In this document: positions 10,330-20,980 of the stretch, in pieces
How the letters are laid out: each line of letters starts with the position of its first letter
Position numbering within the stretch: position 1 is the stretch's first letter
Source: Alphaproteobacteria bacterium
GTDB taxonomy: Bacteria > Pseudomonadota > Alphaproteobacteria > UBA828
DNA: 64,000 bases
Direction: 5' to 3'
NCBI GenBank assembly: GCA_965214705.1
Contig: OZ243972.1
Location: forward strand, 3,104,001 to 3,168,000
Notes under the pieces: model-generated
Told to the model about the DNA's origin: nothing
Seen by the model: only the letters and a program-made list of their open reading frames with translations
Database searches by the model: none
Made by a program: the position numbers and the translations under genes

Positions 10330-10884
10330 ATGGATCTGACTGGCAAGCGAGTGGCTCTCCTCGTCGAGGAGGAATATCAGGAACTGGAGGTCTGGTACCC
10401 GAACCTGCGGCTGCAGGAGGCGGGCGCCACGGTGGTGACCGTCGGCAGTGGCCGCAAGACGACCTTCGGCAGCAAGCTAGGTTACCTGATCGACGCCGAC
10501 AAGTCGGCGGATGAGGTCAGCGCCGACGAATTTGACGCGGTTATCGTGCCGGGCGGCTTCGCGCCCGACTACATGCGCCTCAGCCGACCCATGGTCGATC
10601 TCGTCAAGGACGTCTACGAGGATGGCAAGCTGGTCGCCGCTATCTGCCATGGCGGCTGGATGCTCGTGTCTGCGGGGGCCGTAAACGGGCGCCGGGCAAC
10701 GGGATACGACCCGATCCGCGTCGATGTCGAGAATGCCGGCGGCACTTGGGTGGACGAAGAGGTGGTGATTGACGGCAACGTGATCACCTCGCGGACCCCG
10801 CCGGACCTGCCCGCCTTCGCCCGCGAGATCATCCGCTATCTGGCGGAGGAGCAGACGTCGCAGAAGGCCGCAGCAGCCGAGTAG
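10330..10884 (+). CDS. PfpI/DJ-1 family protein (type 1 glutamine-amidotransferase-like)
   Basis: ELEVWYP, VPGGFAPD, AAICHG (catalytic Cys-His), TSRTPPDLPAF. Confidence 0.9.
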   Translation: MDLTGKRVALLVEEEYQELEVWYPNLRLQEAGATVVTVGSGRKTTFGSKLGYLIDADKSADEVSADEFDAVIVPGGFAPDYMRLSRPMVDLVKDVYEDGKLVAAICHGGWMLVSAGAVNGRRATGYDPIRVDVENAGGTWVDEEVVIDGNVITSRTPPDLPAFAREIIRYLAEEQTSQKAAAAE

Positions 10885-10923
10885 AGCCGTGGTGCGGCCG
10901 AACCTTCCAGTCACGGCGCCGGG

Positions 10924-12615
10924 GTGACCATGAACTACCATGCCGCGAAACCGGAGCCGGTGGACGCCGTGATCGTCGGCTGCGGTGCCTCCGGCTCCAC
11001 GGCTGCCAAGGTCCTGAGCGAGGCAGGGTTCAAGGTTGTGGGCCTGGATCGGGGCCCCTGGCTGAAGCCGGAGGACTATTCCGGGGACGAGCTGAAATAC
11101 GTCAACCGGAACTTTCTGTGGCCCGATCCCACGCTGAAGCCGCGGACCGTCCGGGAGGACGAGGACTCGCCCACGGAGTTGTTCCCGTTCTCGCCGCTCC
11201 CCCAGCTCGTCGGTGGCGGAACTGTACATTGGGCGGGCTGGCTTCCCCGCCCGATGCCGTCGGACTTCATCCAGCGCACTCTGCACGGCGACTTGTCGGA
11301 CGCGAGCTTGGCTGACTGGCCATTCCTTTACGACGACCTCGAGCCCTACCTGAGCAAGGTCGAGTGGGAGTTCGGCTGCACCGGCCTCGACGGGGCGGAC
11401 AAGTACGCGCCACCTCGCAGCAAACCCTACCCAAGCCCGCCGCTGCCGCCCACGAAGTTCGCGAAGGTGTTCTACGACGCCTGTGCCAAGCTCGACATCA
11501 ACGGGTTCCCCTTGCCGCACGCCATGGTTTCGACGGCTCACAAGGGGCGCAACCCGTCCAACTGGACGGGGTTCTGGAACCAGTATGGCGATCCCACGAC
11601 GACGCGCTCCAACGCAGCGACCACGTTCATTCCCGAGGCGCTCGCAACCGGGAACTACGAGCTGCGGCCCGAATGCTTCGTCACTCGTGTGAGCACACGG
11701 CCGGATGGCACGGCGAAGGGCGTGGTCTATCTCGACATCGACGGGCGGGAGGTGGAGCAGGAAGCCCGCCTCGTGCTTCTGTGTCAGGGCGCGATCGAGT
11801 CCGCCCGGCTCCTGCTGCTCTCGGAGTCTGCCGCCTTCCCGGACGGTTTGGCGAACGCGAGTGGACTGGTGGGCAAGAATGCCACCTTCCACGAGTATCT
11901 CTACGCCGTCGGCCTGTTCGAGCGTGAGCTATACGGGCCGCTGTGCGGCTTTACCGGCAACTATATCAGCGGCGGCTCAATGCAATTCTACGAGACCGAC
12001 GAGGGGCGCGGCCATATCGGGGGCTGCATCATCGCCGCGTCGCAGGTGGGTCACCCGATAAACTGGAATTTCCCCGGCCGGCCGCTCTGGGGCGAGGCGG
12101 CGAAGGACGGCGATCGGGAGTTCTACAACTACTCGATGAAGATCGGGCTGATCCTTCACGACATGCCCGTGGAGAGCAATCGGGTCGACCTAGACCCCGA
12201 GATCACGGACGCCTGGGGTCTGCCCGTCGCGCGCATCACCCACAAGCCGCACCCGAACGATGTGAAGATGGCCAAGTGGCAGGTCGACAAGAACCAGGAG
12301 ATCCTAGGCGCGGCCGGTGCGGCCAAGACCATTCCGGTCTACCTGGAGCGCAGCACCGGCAACACCTGCCATCAGCACGGCACGCTGCGCATGGGCTTCG
12401 ACCCTGACAAGTCGGTCCTGAACGAGTGGTGCCGGAGCCATCAGGTTCCCAACCTCTATGTCCTCGACGGCAGCGGCTTCCCCACCGCTCTCGGGGTCAA
12501 CCCGACTCTCACCATGATGGCCAATGCGTGGCGCTGCTCCGAATACATCGTCGAACACCACGCGAACGGGAACGAGGTTCGCCTCGACAAGCCCAAGGTG
12601 GAGGTTTCCGCCTGA
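10924..12615 (+). CDS. GMC-family FAD oxidoreductase (gluconate 2-/glycoside 3-dehydrogenase large-subunit type)
   Basis: VGCGASG, VGGGTVHW, ESARLLLLS, HQHGTLRMG, NPTLT. Confidence 0.92.
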   Translation: MTMNYHAAKPEPVDAVIVGCGASGSTAAKVLSEAGFKVVGLDRGPWLKPEDYSGDELKYVNRNFLWPDPTLKPRTVREDEDSPTELFPFSPLPQLVGGGTVHWAGWLPRPMPSDFIQRTLHGDLSDASLADWPFLYDDLEPYLSKVEWEFGCTGLDGADKYAPPRSKPYPSPPLPPTKFAKVFYDACAKLDINGFPLPHAMVSTAHKGRNPSNWTGFWNQYGDPTTTRSNAATTFIPEALATGNYELRPECFVTRVSTRPDGTAKGVVYLDIDGREVEQEARLVLLCQGAIESARLLLLSESAAFPDGLANASGLVGKNATFHEYLYAVGLFERELYGPLCGFTGNYISGGSMQFYETDEGRGHIGGCIIAASQVGHPINWNFPGRPLWGEAAKDGDREFYNYSMKIGLILHDMPVESNRVDLDPEITDAWGLPVARITHKPHPNDVKMAKWQVDKNQEILGAAGAAKTIPVYLERSTGNTCHQHGTLRMGFDPDKSVLNEWCRSHQVPNLYVLDGSGFPTALGVNPTLTMMANAWRCSEYIVEHHANGNEVRLDKPKVEVSA

Positions 12616-12630
12616 ACACGGAGGACGCGT

Positions 12631-13329
12631 ATGGCGAGCAAGGCGGAGTGGCCAGCGGCGCCTGCCGATCTCACGCAAGAATCCAATGAGCGCCTGTTCT
12701 TCAGCGATCACGAGTGGGAGACGATTGACGCGGCGACGGCGCGCATCTATCCCACCGATCACCAACCCGGCGCGCGCGAAGCCCGGGTCGTCCGTTTCAT
12801 TGACCGCTACCTCTCGGGCATCGACTATATCTATGCGAGCGCGGACGGGAGCGGCTTCCTGCAGATGAGCGGGAAGCTCGCCGACGCTTGGCGCGCCCGC
12901 AACGCCGCCATGCGGCGCACCTATCGCGACGGGATCGCGGAACTCGACCGCATCGCCGTCCGGCGCCACAGCAAGCCCTTCGCTGAGCTGACGGAAGCGG
13001 AGCAGGACGGTGTGCTCGAGGAGCTGTCGGGAGCGCCGAAGCCGAAACCGGTTACGCTGACCGATACCGGGCCGCTCGGCACCATGTTGCAGGGGGTCGC
13101 CGACGACGGAATGGGATTCTTCGATGCGCTTTGCCTGCACACCCGCCAGGGCATGTATTCCGATCCCGCCTACGGAGGAAACAGGGACCATGTGGGTTGG
13201 GAGATCGTCGAATTTCCAGGACCGAAGTCGCTCGCCGACACCAACGACTGCAGCTACAGCGTCAAGGAATACTTCGTTCACGATTACGGGTGGGAAGACC
13301 TGATCCCCTTCATGAGGAAAAAGGGGTAG
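12631..13329 (+). CDS. Gluconate 2-dehydrogenase subunit-3 family small subunit
   Basis: RIYPTD..PGAREA.V..FIDR and TRQGMYSDPAYGGN...GW....FPG. Lies directly after the GMC gene. Confidence 0.9.
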   Translation: MASKAEWPAAPADLTQESNERLFFSDHEWETIDAATARIYPTDHQPGAREARVVRFIDRYLSGIDYIYASADGSGFLQMSGKLADAWRARNAAMRRTYRDGIAELDRIAVRRHSKPFAELTEAEQDGVLEELSGAPKPKPVTLTDTGPLGTMLQGVADDGMGFFDALCLHTRQGMYSDPAYGGNRDHVGWEIVEFPGPKSLADTNDCSYSVKEYFVHDYGWEDLIPFMRKKG

Positions 13330-13333
13330 GCAG

Positions 13334-14944
13334 GTGACTGCGGCCGCCGAGACCGCGCCGGAGGAAACCCGATCCGTGGCCGAGGTGCTGGCGATCGACC
13401 ACCTGGTGAAGCGGTTTCCCGGCACGGTCGCGGTCGATGATGTGAGCTTCGCCATCGAGCGCGGCGCCATTCACGCGCTGGTCGGCGAGAACGGCGCAGG
13501 CAAGTCGACCATCATCAAGGTTCTCTCCGGCGTCTACCAGCCGGATGGCGGGCAGGTTCTGGTGCGCGGGGAGCCAACGCGCATACGTTCGCCCCACCAC
13601 GCCCAGGAGCTGGGCGTCACCACGATCCACCAGGAACAGACCCTCATCGACAGCCTGACGGCGATCGAGAACGTGTTCCTGGGACGCGAGCATCTGCGCG
13701 GGCCGCTCCGGCTCCGACGGGTGCTGAACATCGTCGATACCGGCCGCATGCGCCAGGAGGTTCTCTCCCTCTTCGAAGACTTCGAGTTCGACACCACGCA
13801 GCTCGGTCGCTCCGTCCGTAATCTCTCCGGCCTGGATAAGCAGATCGTCGAGATCGTCAAGGCCCTCGCCTTCCGCTCCGAGGTCATCATCATGGACGAA
13901 CCGACCGCCGGGCTGACGGAGCACGAGCGCGTAGCACTGTTCCGTCACATGCGCCGGCTTCAGGATCGGGAGACAGCCATCCTCTGGGTGACCCACCGCC
14001 TGGAGGAGCTGGAGGGGATGGCCGACCGCGTGCATGTCCTGCGCGACGCCCGGTTGGTCGGCACGCTCACGAAGGAAGAAGTGACGCCCGCCCGCGTCGT
14101 CAGAATGATGATCGGGCGCGACGTCGAATCCATGGAAAGCCTCGTCGCTGAGCAGAAGGGTACGGCGGCGGAGACGGCCGACCACGACGAGGTCCTGCGC
14201 GTCGAAGGTCTTTCGAGAGGCCGGGACTTCACAGATGTTTCTTTCGTGGTCCGCCGCGGCGAAATTTTCGGGATCGGCGGCCTCGCCGGGGCCGGGCGCA
14301 CTGCGCTCGCGCGGGCCGTCATCGGCGCGGATCGCCTGGATTCGGGCGAGATCCGCATCCAAAACAAGCGAGTCGGCATCCGCAACACGGCCCGCGCACT
14401 AACGGCTGGCATCGCCTATGTCCCGAAGGAGCGGAAGACGCAGGGGATCCTGCCCGAGTTCAGCGTGACCCGGAACATCACGATGTCGGCGCTCGAGCGC
14501 TTTCGTCGCGCCGGCCTTCTCAATTCCCGAATGGAGTCCGACGAAGCAGATCGCTACATCGGGGACCTGCAGATCCGGGCGCGCAGCAACCGCCAGCCGA
14601 TCTCCTCGCTGAGCGGCGGCAACCAGCAGAAGGCGATCATCGCCCGCGCGCTCTCGGCCGGTCCGGCGGTGATCATCTTCGACGAGCCGACGCAGGGCGT
14701 CGATATCGGCGCCAAGATGGAGATCTTCAAGCTGATCAACGACTACGTGGCCGGCGGCGGCAGCGCGGTGATCATCTCATCGGAGATGGTCGAGCTCCTG
14801 GGCCTGTGCAGCCGCGTTCTGGTGATGCGCAAAGGGCAGGTCGTCGGCGAGCTGCCGGGCTATCAGACGGCCGGCGGCGAGACGGACGTCCATTCACTCG
14901 AGGAACGCTTCATGGCTCTCGCGGTGGGGGCTAGGCCCGCCTGA
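13334..14944 (+). CDS. Sugar ABC transporter ATP-binding protein (RbsA-like, two NBDs)
   Basis: GENGAGKST, MDEPT, LSGGNQQK, FDEPTQGVD. Confidence 0.95.
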   Translation: MTAAAETAPEETRSVAEVLAIDHLVKRFPGTVAVDDVSFAIERGAIHALVGENGAGKSTIIKVLSGVYQPDGGQVLVRGEPTRIRSPHHAQELGVTTIHQEQTLIDSLTAIENVFLGREHLRGPLRLRRVLNIVDTGRMRQEVLSLFEDFEFDTTQLGRSVRNLSGLDKQIVEIVKALAFRSEVIIMDEPTAGLTEHERVALFRHMRRLQDRETAILWVTHRLEELEGMADRVHVLRDARLVGTLTKEEVTPARVVRMMIGRDVESMESLVAEQKGTAAETADHDEVLRVEGLSRGRDFTDVSFVVRRGEIFGIGGLAGAGRTALARAVIGADRLDSGEIRIQNKRVGIRNTARALTAGIAYVPKERKTQGILPEFSVTRNITMSALERFRRAGLLNSRMESDEADRYIGDLQIRARSNRQPISSLSGGNQQKAIIARALSAGPAVIIFDEPTQGVDIGAKMEIFKLINDYVAGGGSAVIISSEMVELLGLCSRVLVMRKGQVVGELPGYQTAGGETDVHSLEERFMALAVGARPA

Positions 14945-14946
14945 TC

Positions 14947-16008
14947 ATGCGCCGTTATCTCGGACAGGCATTCGCCGCCGACGGTGTGGCGATCGGCCTC
15001 GCCCTGATCATTGCCGTGCTCGCCTTCTCGATCCTCGAGCCGGCGTTCTGGTCGATCGACAACGTGCTGAACGTCATCGTCCAGTCCGCCTTCATCATGC
15101 TGCTCGCGGTGGGGATGACCTTCGTGCTGACTGCCGGCGGCATCGACCTCTCGGTCGGCACGGTGCTGGGGTTCAGCGCCGGTGTCTCCATGTACGTAAT
15201 GGGCGAAGGCTACTGGTTCGGCATAGCCATCCTCGCGGGCTTCGGCACGGGCATTTTCTTCGGCCTGCTCAACGGCTTCCTCGTCGCCCGTCTCGGGCTC
15301 AACGACTTCATCGTGACACTCGGCTCGCTCGGCGTGGCCGGCGGCGCGCTCCGGCTCCTCGACTCCATTCGACCGCTCCGGCTCGAACGCGTGGTGGAGG
15401 AGACCGAGGCGTTCACCTTCCTCGCCCACGGCAAAGTGATCGGCATCCCGGTCCCGATCATCATCGCGGTCGGCGTGGTCATCGGCCTCGAGGTCCTGCT
15501 CAGGCGCTCGCCATTCGGGCGCCGCGTCCAGGCCGTCGGGATGCAGCGGGACGCCGCCGAACTCGCGGGCATCAACGTCGCGCGCATCCGCCACACGGTC
15601 TTCATCATGGCGGGGCTGCTCGCCGCCGTCGCCGGTGTGCTGATGGCTGCGCGGCTCTCGTCCGTGCCGGCGCGGCTGGGCCTCGGCTTCGAACTGCAGG
15701 CCATCGCCGCTGCTGTTCTCGGCGGTACCAGCCTGTTCGGCGGACGCGGCACCGTGGTCGGGACCGCTCTTGCGGCGCTGCTTCTCGCAACCCTCAACGC
15801 CGGACTGCAGATCTCCGGCGTGGATGCCACCTGGTATCGGGTGATTCTGGGCGTCGGCATTGTCGCTGCGGTTGCCTTCCATCAGTGGACGGTGCGCTTC
15901 TCGGCGGCCCAGGCGCTCGGCCCAGCGCTGACGCGCCCGCCCCCGCGCTCTGATGGAAGATCAAGTGACGCCGGCCAAGAGGATGCCCGCGGGGAGGCCG
16001 GACGATGA
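14947..16008 (+). CDS. Sugar ABC transporter permease (RbsC-like)
   Basis: GGIDLSVG, FIVTLG, ELQAIAAAVLGGTSLFGG. Confidence 0.93.
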   Translation: MRRYLGQAFAADGVAIGLALIIAVLAFSILEPAFWSIDNVLNVIVQSAFIMLLAVGMTFVLTAGGIDLSVGTVLGFSAGVSMYVMGEGYWFGIAILAGFGTGIFFGLLNGFLVARLGLNDFIVTLGSLGVAGGALRLLDSIRPLRLERVVEETEAFTFLAHGKVIGIPVPIIIAVGVVIGLEVLLRRSPFGRRVQAVGMQRDAAELAGINVARIRHTVFIMAGLLAAVAGVLMAARLSSVPARLGLGFELQAIAAAVLGGTSLFGGRGTVVGTALAALLLATLNAGLQISGVDATWYRVILGVGIVAAVAFHQWTVRFSAAQALGPALTRPPPRSDGRSSDAGQEDARGEAGR

Positions 16009-17009
16009 ACGCGCTGGGCTTCGCCCGCCGCTCGGCGCGGTGGGCATTCGCTCAACCGTGGAGCGGCATCGCGCTCTTCCTGATCGTGGTCTTTGTGGTG
16101 ATGAGCTTCGCCTCGCCGGTTTTCCTCACCTCGATCAACCTGCTCAACATCCTCAACCAGTCGGCCTTCCTCATGATTCTGGCAGCTGGCATGGCGATCG
16201 TGCTCATGGGAGGCGGCATTGACCTCTCGGTGGGCGCGATTGCCGGGCTGGTGGGCGGGGTCGCCGCTTGGCTGATTGCCGAGACAGGCACGCCGCTGTT
16301 CGGCGCCATCCTGGTCGGTCTGGTGGTGGCGCTTGGCCTCGGCACGCTCAACGCGCTCATCATCATTCACCTGCGCATCCCGGACTTCATCGCGACACTC
16401 GCCATGCTGGGCTTCGTGCGCGGGCTGTTGCACGTCTGGACCGAAGGCGTGCCCTTCATCAATTACAGCAGCAACGACTTCCGTATCCTCGGCGGTCTCT
16501 TCCGCCTTATCGGTGGCGTCACGGCGCCCGAGGTCATCGCCCTCTTCATCGTCGTTGGCGCGATCCTGATCCTCCTCTTCACCAAGTTCGGCCGGCACCT
16601 GCGGGCGACCGGCGACAACCCGGATATCGCGCGCCTTTCCGGCGTCAACGTCATCCGCACGAAGTACACCATCTACCTCATTTCCGGCTTTCTAGCCGGC
16701 GTCGTCGGCATCCTGCTGGCGGGCCGTCTGATGACGGTCCAGGCGAACATGGGTCTCGGAATGGAGATCAAGGCGCTGGCCGCGGCGATCATGGGCGGTG
16801 CGGTCTTGACCGGCGGGCGCGGAAGCATTCTGGGCGCCGTGCTCGGCGCGCTCGCGCTCACGATAATTCAGAACATCATCAACCTGTTCGGCATCGAACC
16901 GGCCTGGGAGACCCTGGTCGTGGGCGCGATCATCCTGATCGTAGTCTTCTCGGGCAAGGCGCCCGAGCTCCTCGCCACGTCCCGTCGTGTACCGAAGGCG
17001 CCCGATTAG
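16005..17009 (+). CDS. Sugar ABC transporter permease (RbsC-like)
   Basis: GGIDLSVG, PDFIATL, ARLSGVN. Confidence 0.93.
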   Translation: MNALGFARRSARWAFAQPWSGIALFLIVVFVVMSFASPVFLTSINLLNILNQSAFLMILAAGMAIVLMGGGIDLSVGAIAGLVGGVAAWLIAETGTPLFGAILVGLVVALGLGTLNALIIIHLRIPDFIATLAMLGFVRGLLHVWTEGVPFINYSSNDFRILGGLFRLIGGVTAPEVIALFIVVGAILILLFTKFGRHLRATGDNPDIARLSGVNVIRTKYTIYLISGFLAGVVGILLAGRLMTVQANMGLGMEIKALAAAIMGGAVLTGGRGSILGAVLGALALTIIQNIINLFGIEPAWETLVVGAIILIVVFSGKAPELLATSRRVPKAPD

Positions 17010-17414
17010 CTGCCGTTTGGCCGCCTGTCACCGCACCGCCGTCGCCGATCGATGGGAAGGTCCGGGTGAGAGGGGCCCCAACGGCCGATGCCAAACCGTC
17101 GGCCCGCCTCGTGATGTCTCAGACCCTCATCGACAACCGCCAGCCGAAACGCCGCGCGGAGTTCCACGCCGAGCATCCCCCACTCCGTGCCCGGGCACAC
17201 ATGGCGATATAGTTGGCGCACTCTTACGGTGCCGCGATCGCACCGCCCGGCCGCCTCGCGTGCCGCATCGTCCCTCCGCCGTCAACATGCCCGCCTTGTG
17301 CCGCGCAACGAGCCGTTCCGGCAGACCGGCGACTGCCGGCACACAGTCAGCAGGAGACATACGGCTCTCACCCAGACTGAAGCAACGCAGTCACACGAGG
17401 TTTCTCGTCTCCAC

Positions 17415-18197
17415 TCAGCCCTCGAATCGCATGCCGCCGTTGATGTGCAGAATCTGGCCCGTGATGAAGGACGACAGGTCCGACAACAGGAACGCGACCG
17501 CATTGCCGATGTCGTCCGGTCGCCCCAGGCGGCGAAGCGGGATGATTTCGGCCCAGCTATCGACGGTCGCCTCGCCGAAGGGATCGAGCATGGGCGTTCG
17601 AATGATGCCCGGCGCAATCCCGTTGACCCGAATGCCCTCCGGGGCGAGTACGCGGGCATAAGTCTTCGTGACGCAATTCAAACCTGCCTTGGACACGTTG
17701 TAGGGAATGCCCTCGGGCCCGGCGCCTTCATTGGCCGAAATGGAGGAGCTGATATTGATCACGCATCCCGAACGCTGCTCGCGCAGATGGCCGAGCACTG
17801 CGTTGGTCAGGAACACCGGTCCGCGCAAGTTAACCGAGAGAGTCCGGTCCCACGAACCTTCGGTGAGTTCCTCGAGCGGAAAGAGCTCAATGATCCCGGC
17901 GTTGTTGACCAGATGATCGATACGGCCGAACGTATCTAGCGCTTCCCGGACGAATCGTTTCCCGTCGTCTATGCTGGCGGTGTCGCCTTCCACGACCACG
18001 GCATTGCCGCCGAGTTCGACCACCTCATCGCGCAGCCGCACGGCATCGTCGGCCCCGCTGTGCGTGTGCAGAACGAGATTGCTGTCGCAGCGGGCAAGCA
18101 CTTTCGCGATTCCCTGCCCGATCCCGCCAGTCGCGCCGGTGACGATCGTGGTCTTCCCCGACAAGTCGAATGCAATCTGAGAGGTTCCGTCCGTCAT
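17415..18197 (-). CDS. Short-chain dehydrogenase/reductase (FabG-like)
   Basis: TGATGGIG, NNAG, YNVSK, RVNGIAPG, ITGQILHINGG. Confidence 0.93.
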   Translation of the reverse strand: MTDGTSQIAFDLSGKTTIVTGATGGIGQGIAKVLARCDSNLVLHTHSGADDAVRLRDEVVELGGNAVVVEGDTASIDDGKRFVREALDTFGRIDHLVNNAGIIELFPLEELTEGSWDRTLSVNLRGPVFLTNAVLGHLREQRSGCVINISSSISANEGAGPEGIPYNVSKAGLNCVTKTYARVLAPEGIRVNGIAPGIIRTPMLDPFGEATVDSWAEIIPLRRLGRPDDIGNAVAFLLSDLSSFITGQILHINGGMRFEG

Positions 18198-18253
18198 CGT
18201 CCTTGCTCCTTTCTCTTCACGCCGGTCCTGCCAAGCGGACTCGCAACTGCCGT

Positions 18254-19447
18254 TCAGTCGGCGGCGGCGATCGCACCGTCGACAAATGCCAAGAGAAGCC
18301 TGCCAACCTCGTCGGGCTGTTCCTGCTGCACCCAATGACCTGCGTTCTCGATCAGATGACAGCCGACCATCCGAGTGCAGGCATTGCCCTGCATGCGTTC
18401 GAGTGCGCCAGGCACCTGGTAGTTGCCCCAGTCATGAAATCCCGCCATGTACATCGCCGGAATGTCGATCGTGCGACCGGAATACAGCGAGAGCTCCGCG
18501 TCGTTATGTCCTTCAGTCCTGTTGCGGTACCACTGTAGCCCGCCCTGAAAACCCGTGTGCGCGAACGCGGCGCTGTAGACCGCCAATTCATCTTCGGGAA
18601 GCCAAGAGCACCGCGAAATGTCGGCAGCGGACGGCATCTCGGTCGCCACTGTTTCCGCCATATTTTTCTTGCGATCCATGATGTAGTAGGTGGGCATCTT
18701 TGCCAGTTCTTCGGCGGACCAAGACGCGAGAGGAGAGGGCTGGTTTCCTGGCCAGTCTGCGCTCTTGTGATGGAAATACGCCCGCAAGAACCGGTGGATA
18801 CCTTGGGTGCATTTCACCATGTCGGACTGCGCTTGCCGGGTCGAATAATACCACTGGTAGTGCTTTCGCGGCCGCTCGAGTCGCGCCAGAGCCTCATCAA
18901 TTGGCGGCGACTTCGGCTTCGGCACGGACCCCAGGTCCTGAGTGCCGAACGGCAGAGCCGGGGCGCCCGCGAAGGGCGCGCTCATCAAGACGACCGAGCG
19001 AAACATGTCGGGCCGCATGAGGGCGCACCAGGCTGCGACCGACGCGCCGAAGTCATGACCCACGACACAGGCGATACTGCGGTACCCGAGGGCAAGCGTC
19101 AGGGCTACGGTGTCCTTCACGAGGTTGAGGAGGCGGAACGATGCGAGGTCGCCGTCATATCGACTGTCCCACCCCGTCGTGCGGCCGTATCCCCTTTGGT
19201 CAGGCGCAATCACGTGATATCCCGCCGCCGCCAATGGCGCCATGATTTTTCGCCAGGAATAGGACAGCTCCGGAAATCCGTGAAGCAGAATCACGCAGGG
19301 CGCCTGCAAGTGCTCGTGCCCTGCCTCCAGGACATGCATCCGCAAGCCGTTGACGCCCTCGACGAAGCGGGAACGGATGCCAGTTGGCAGAGGCGCATAG
19401 TCCGGCAGCTCAGACACGGGCACCCGGTCCGTCGTCTTGCGCCGCAA
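18254..19447 (-). CDS. Alpha/beta hydrolase, epoxide-hydrolase type (start uncertain)
   Basis: HGFPE, PDQRGYG, GHDFGA (Asp nucleophile), AGHWVQQE. Confidence 0.9.
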   Translation of the reverse strand: MRRKTTDRVPVSELPDYAPLPTGIRSRFVEGVNGLRMHVLEAGHEHLQAPCVILLHGFPELSYSWRKIMAPLAAAGYHVIAPDQRGYGRTTGWDSRYDGDLASFRLLNLVKDTVALTLALGYRSIACVVGHDFGASVAAWCALMRPDMFRSVVLMSAPFAGAPALPFGTQDLGSVPKPKSPPIDEALARLERPRKHYQWYYSTRQAQSDMVKCTQGIHRFLRAYFHHKSADWPGNQPSPLASWSAEELAKMPTYYIMDRKKNMAETVATEMPSAADISRCSWLPEDELAVYSAAFAHTGFQGGLQWYRNRTEGHNDAELSLYSGRTIDIPAMYMAGFHDWGNYQVPGALERMQGNACTRMVGCHLIENAGHWVQQEQPDEVGRLLLAFVDGAIAAAD

Positions 19448-19532
19448 CCGCTAGCGAACGCATGGCGTGCCCCGGACCTCGCGCTTGCTCACGGTGCGTA
19501 ATTGTTTGGATCCTCGATGACCGGCCCCGCGA

Positions 19533-19898
19533 TCACCGCAATTCGTTCGACCCAGCCGTTTGCTCGGTCACGGTCGCGCGTGTCATCTCGCGGATACGCC
19601 TGATCACCGATGGCGCCGCGGCGGTCCGGGGCGGCTCGATGTGGGTCACGCCGTCGATCCTCGCAAGGGCCGGTTCCACCGCGGCATGGAAGGTGAATGC
19701 CTGCGCCGGACATCCGCGACAGGCGCCCAGAAACTCCAGCGTGACACGGCCGTCATCGACACTGTCGATAACGACGTCTCCGGCGTGCCCCCTTATCCGC
19801 GCTCGCACGTCAGTCAGGGCGACATTGAGCGTGCGCCGCAAAGACTCGTCTTCCGGTCTTTCGGGAGCTTGCCGTTGCAGCGTTGTCACCCGAGCCAT
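19533..19898 (-). CDS. NifU/Nfu C-terminal-domain protein
   Basis: VRARIRGHAGDV...LEFLGACRGCP, with a CxxC motif. Confidence 0.75.
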   Translation of the reverse strand: MARVTTLQRQAPERPEDESLRRTLNVALTDVRARIRGHAGDVVIDSVDDGRVTLEFLGACRGCPAQAFTFHAAVEPALARIDGVTHIEPPRTAAAPSVIRRIREMTRATVTEQTAGSNELR

Positions 19899-19901
19899 CG
19901 C

Positions 19902-20909
19902 CTAGACTGCCGGGCCCGCCAGAGCCTTCGCCTTCGCCTCGATATCGATGCCCATCATGTTGGCGAAGCTCAATCCGAAGATCTTCCGCCTGACCTCGTC
20001 GGTGATCGCGGGATAACCGTATTGGTCCTGGAGTTCCTCGGGCATTTCGAGAGTAGCAAGCGTATCGATATAGGCCTGAACGCCGGGCCACACGAAGGCA
20101 TCGGTGCCGTAGCAGACCCTGTCGGGGCCGACGAGAAGCAGGGACTGACCGAGGCGGTGAAGCATTTCGCGCGGCTGGACGAAGTAGAGATTGAACCAGA
20201 TGGGCATGACGATGAAGACGTTGGAAAAGCGGCTGGCGATGTTGATCATCTCGGCAACGTAGGGGTCGCCAAAATGATGCGCGCCGAAATGCAGGTCCGG
20301 AAAATCATAGGCCGCTTGCTGGAGATCGTTGGGGGCTAGATCCTCGACGCGCTGCCAGCCCAGCGGTAGGCCCTTGTGGAACTGGACGGCCTTGATTCCC
20401 AGCTTCAGAGCCCTTTCGTACAGCGGATAGGCCAGCTTCTCGTCGTCGGCCCGCCAGCTGTTGCGCATGTCCTGGGCCTGGTAGAATTTGAACCCGACCG
20501 CGCCCCACTCCTCGACTTGGCGATCCATCTCGTCGAGCCCCGCTTCGACCCCGCGATGCAGCGGGTCCACGCCACCGCAGAAGAACAGCCGGGACGGGTT
20601 TGAGCTGGCCAGCTCGTAGCTCAGCCGCGCAGGGGACATCCCTTCCTCGAACAGGCTCATCAGCGGCACCGTCTGAACCATGGCGAAGTCGGTATCCGAT
20701 TCGTCGAAGAGAACTCGGTTCGCCCACTCGTGGCTGGGCGGATTCTCCACCACCTCATGGGATACCGTGTGTCCCCCCCGATGGACCGTCCAGTCGAGCG
20801 CGCCATGGACCGCATCCTTGAGATGGTGCGCGTCATCGTTCCTCATGTTTGTGGCGCGAAAGTCGTGCGGATGGACGACCGCGTCGAAGACCAGCATATC
20901 GTTGTGCAT
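19902..20909 (-). CDS. Amidohydrolase_2-family metal-dependent enzyme
   Basis: FDAVVH, GFKFY, FHKG, HHFG, YGTD. Confidence 0.88.
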   Translation of the reverse strand: MHNDMLVFDAVVHPHDFRATNMRNDDAHHLKDAVHGALDWTVHRGGHTVSHEVVENPPSHEWANRVLFDESDTDFAMVQTVPLMSLFEEGMSPARLSYELASSNPSRLFFCGGVDPLHRGVEAGLDEMDRQVEEWGAVGFKFYQAQDMRNSWRADDEKLAYPLYERALKLGIKAVQFHKGLPLGWQRVEDLAPNDLQQAAYDFPDLHFGAHHFGDPYVAEMINIASRFSNVFIVMPIWFNLYFVQPREMLHRLGQSLLLVGPDRVCYGTDAFVWPGVQAYIDTLATLEMPEELQDQYGYPAITDEVRRKIFGLSFANMMGIDIEAKAKALAGPAV

Positions 20910-20980
20910 TGCACGTCACCCTTCCGACGGATTCCGATCGAATCCGCATCCGCCCTGCGAACCGAGCGACTGCGCGTATC

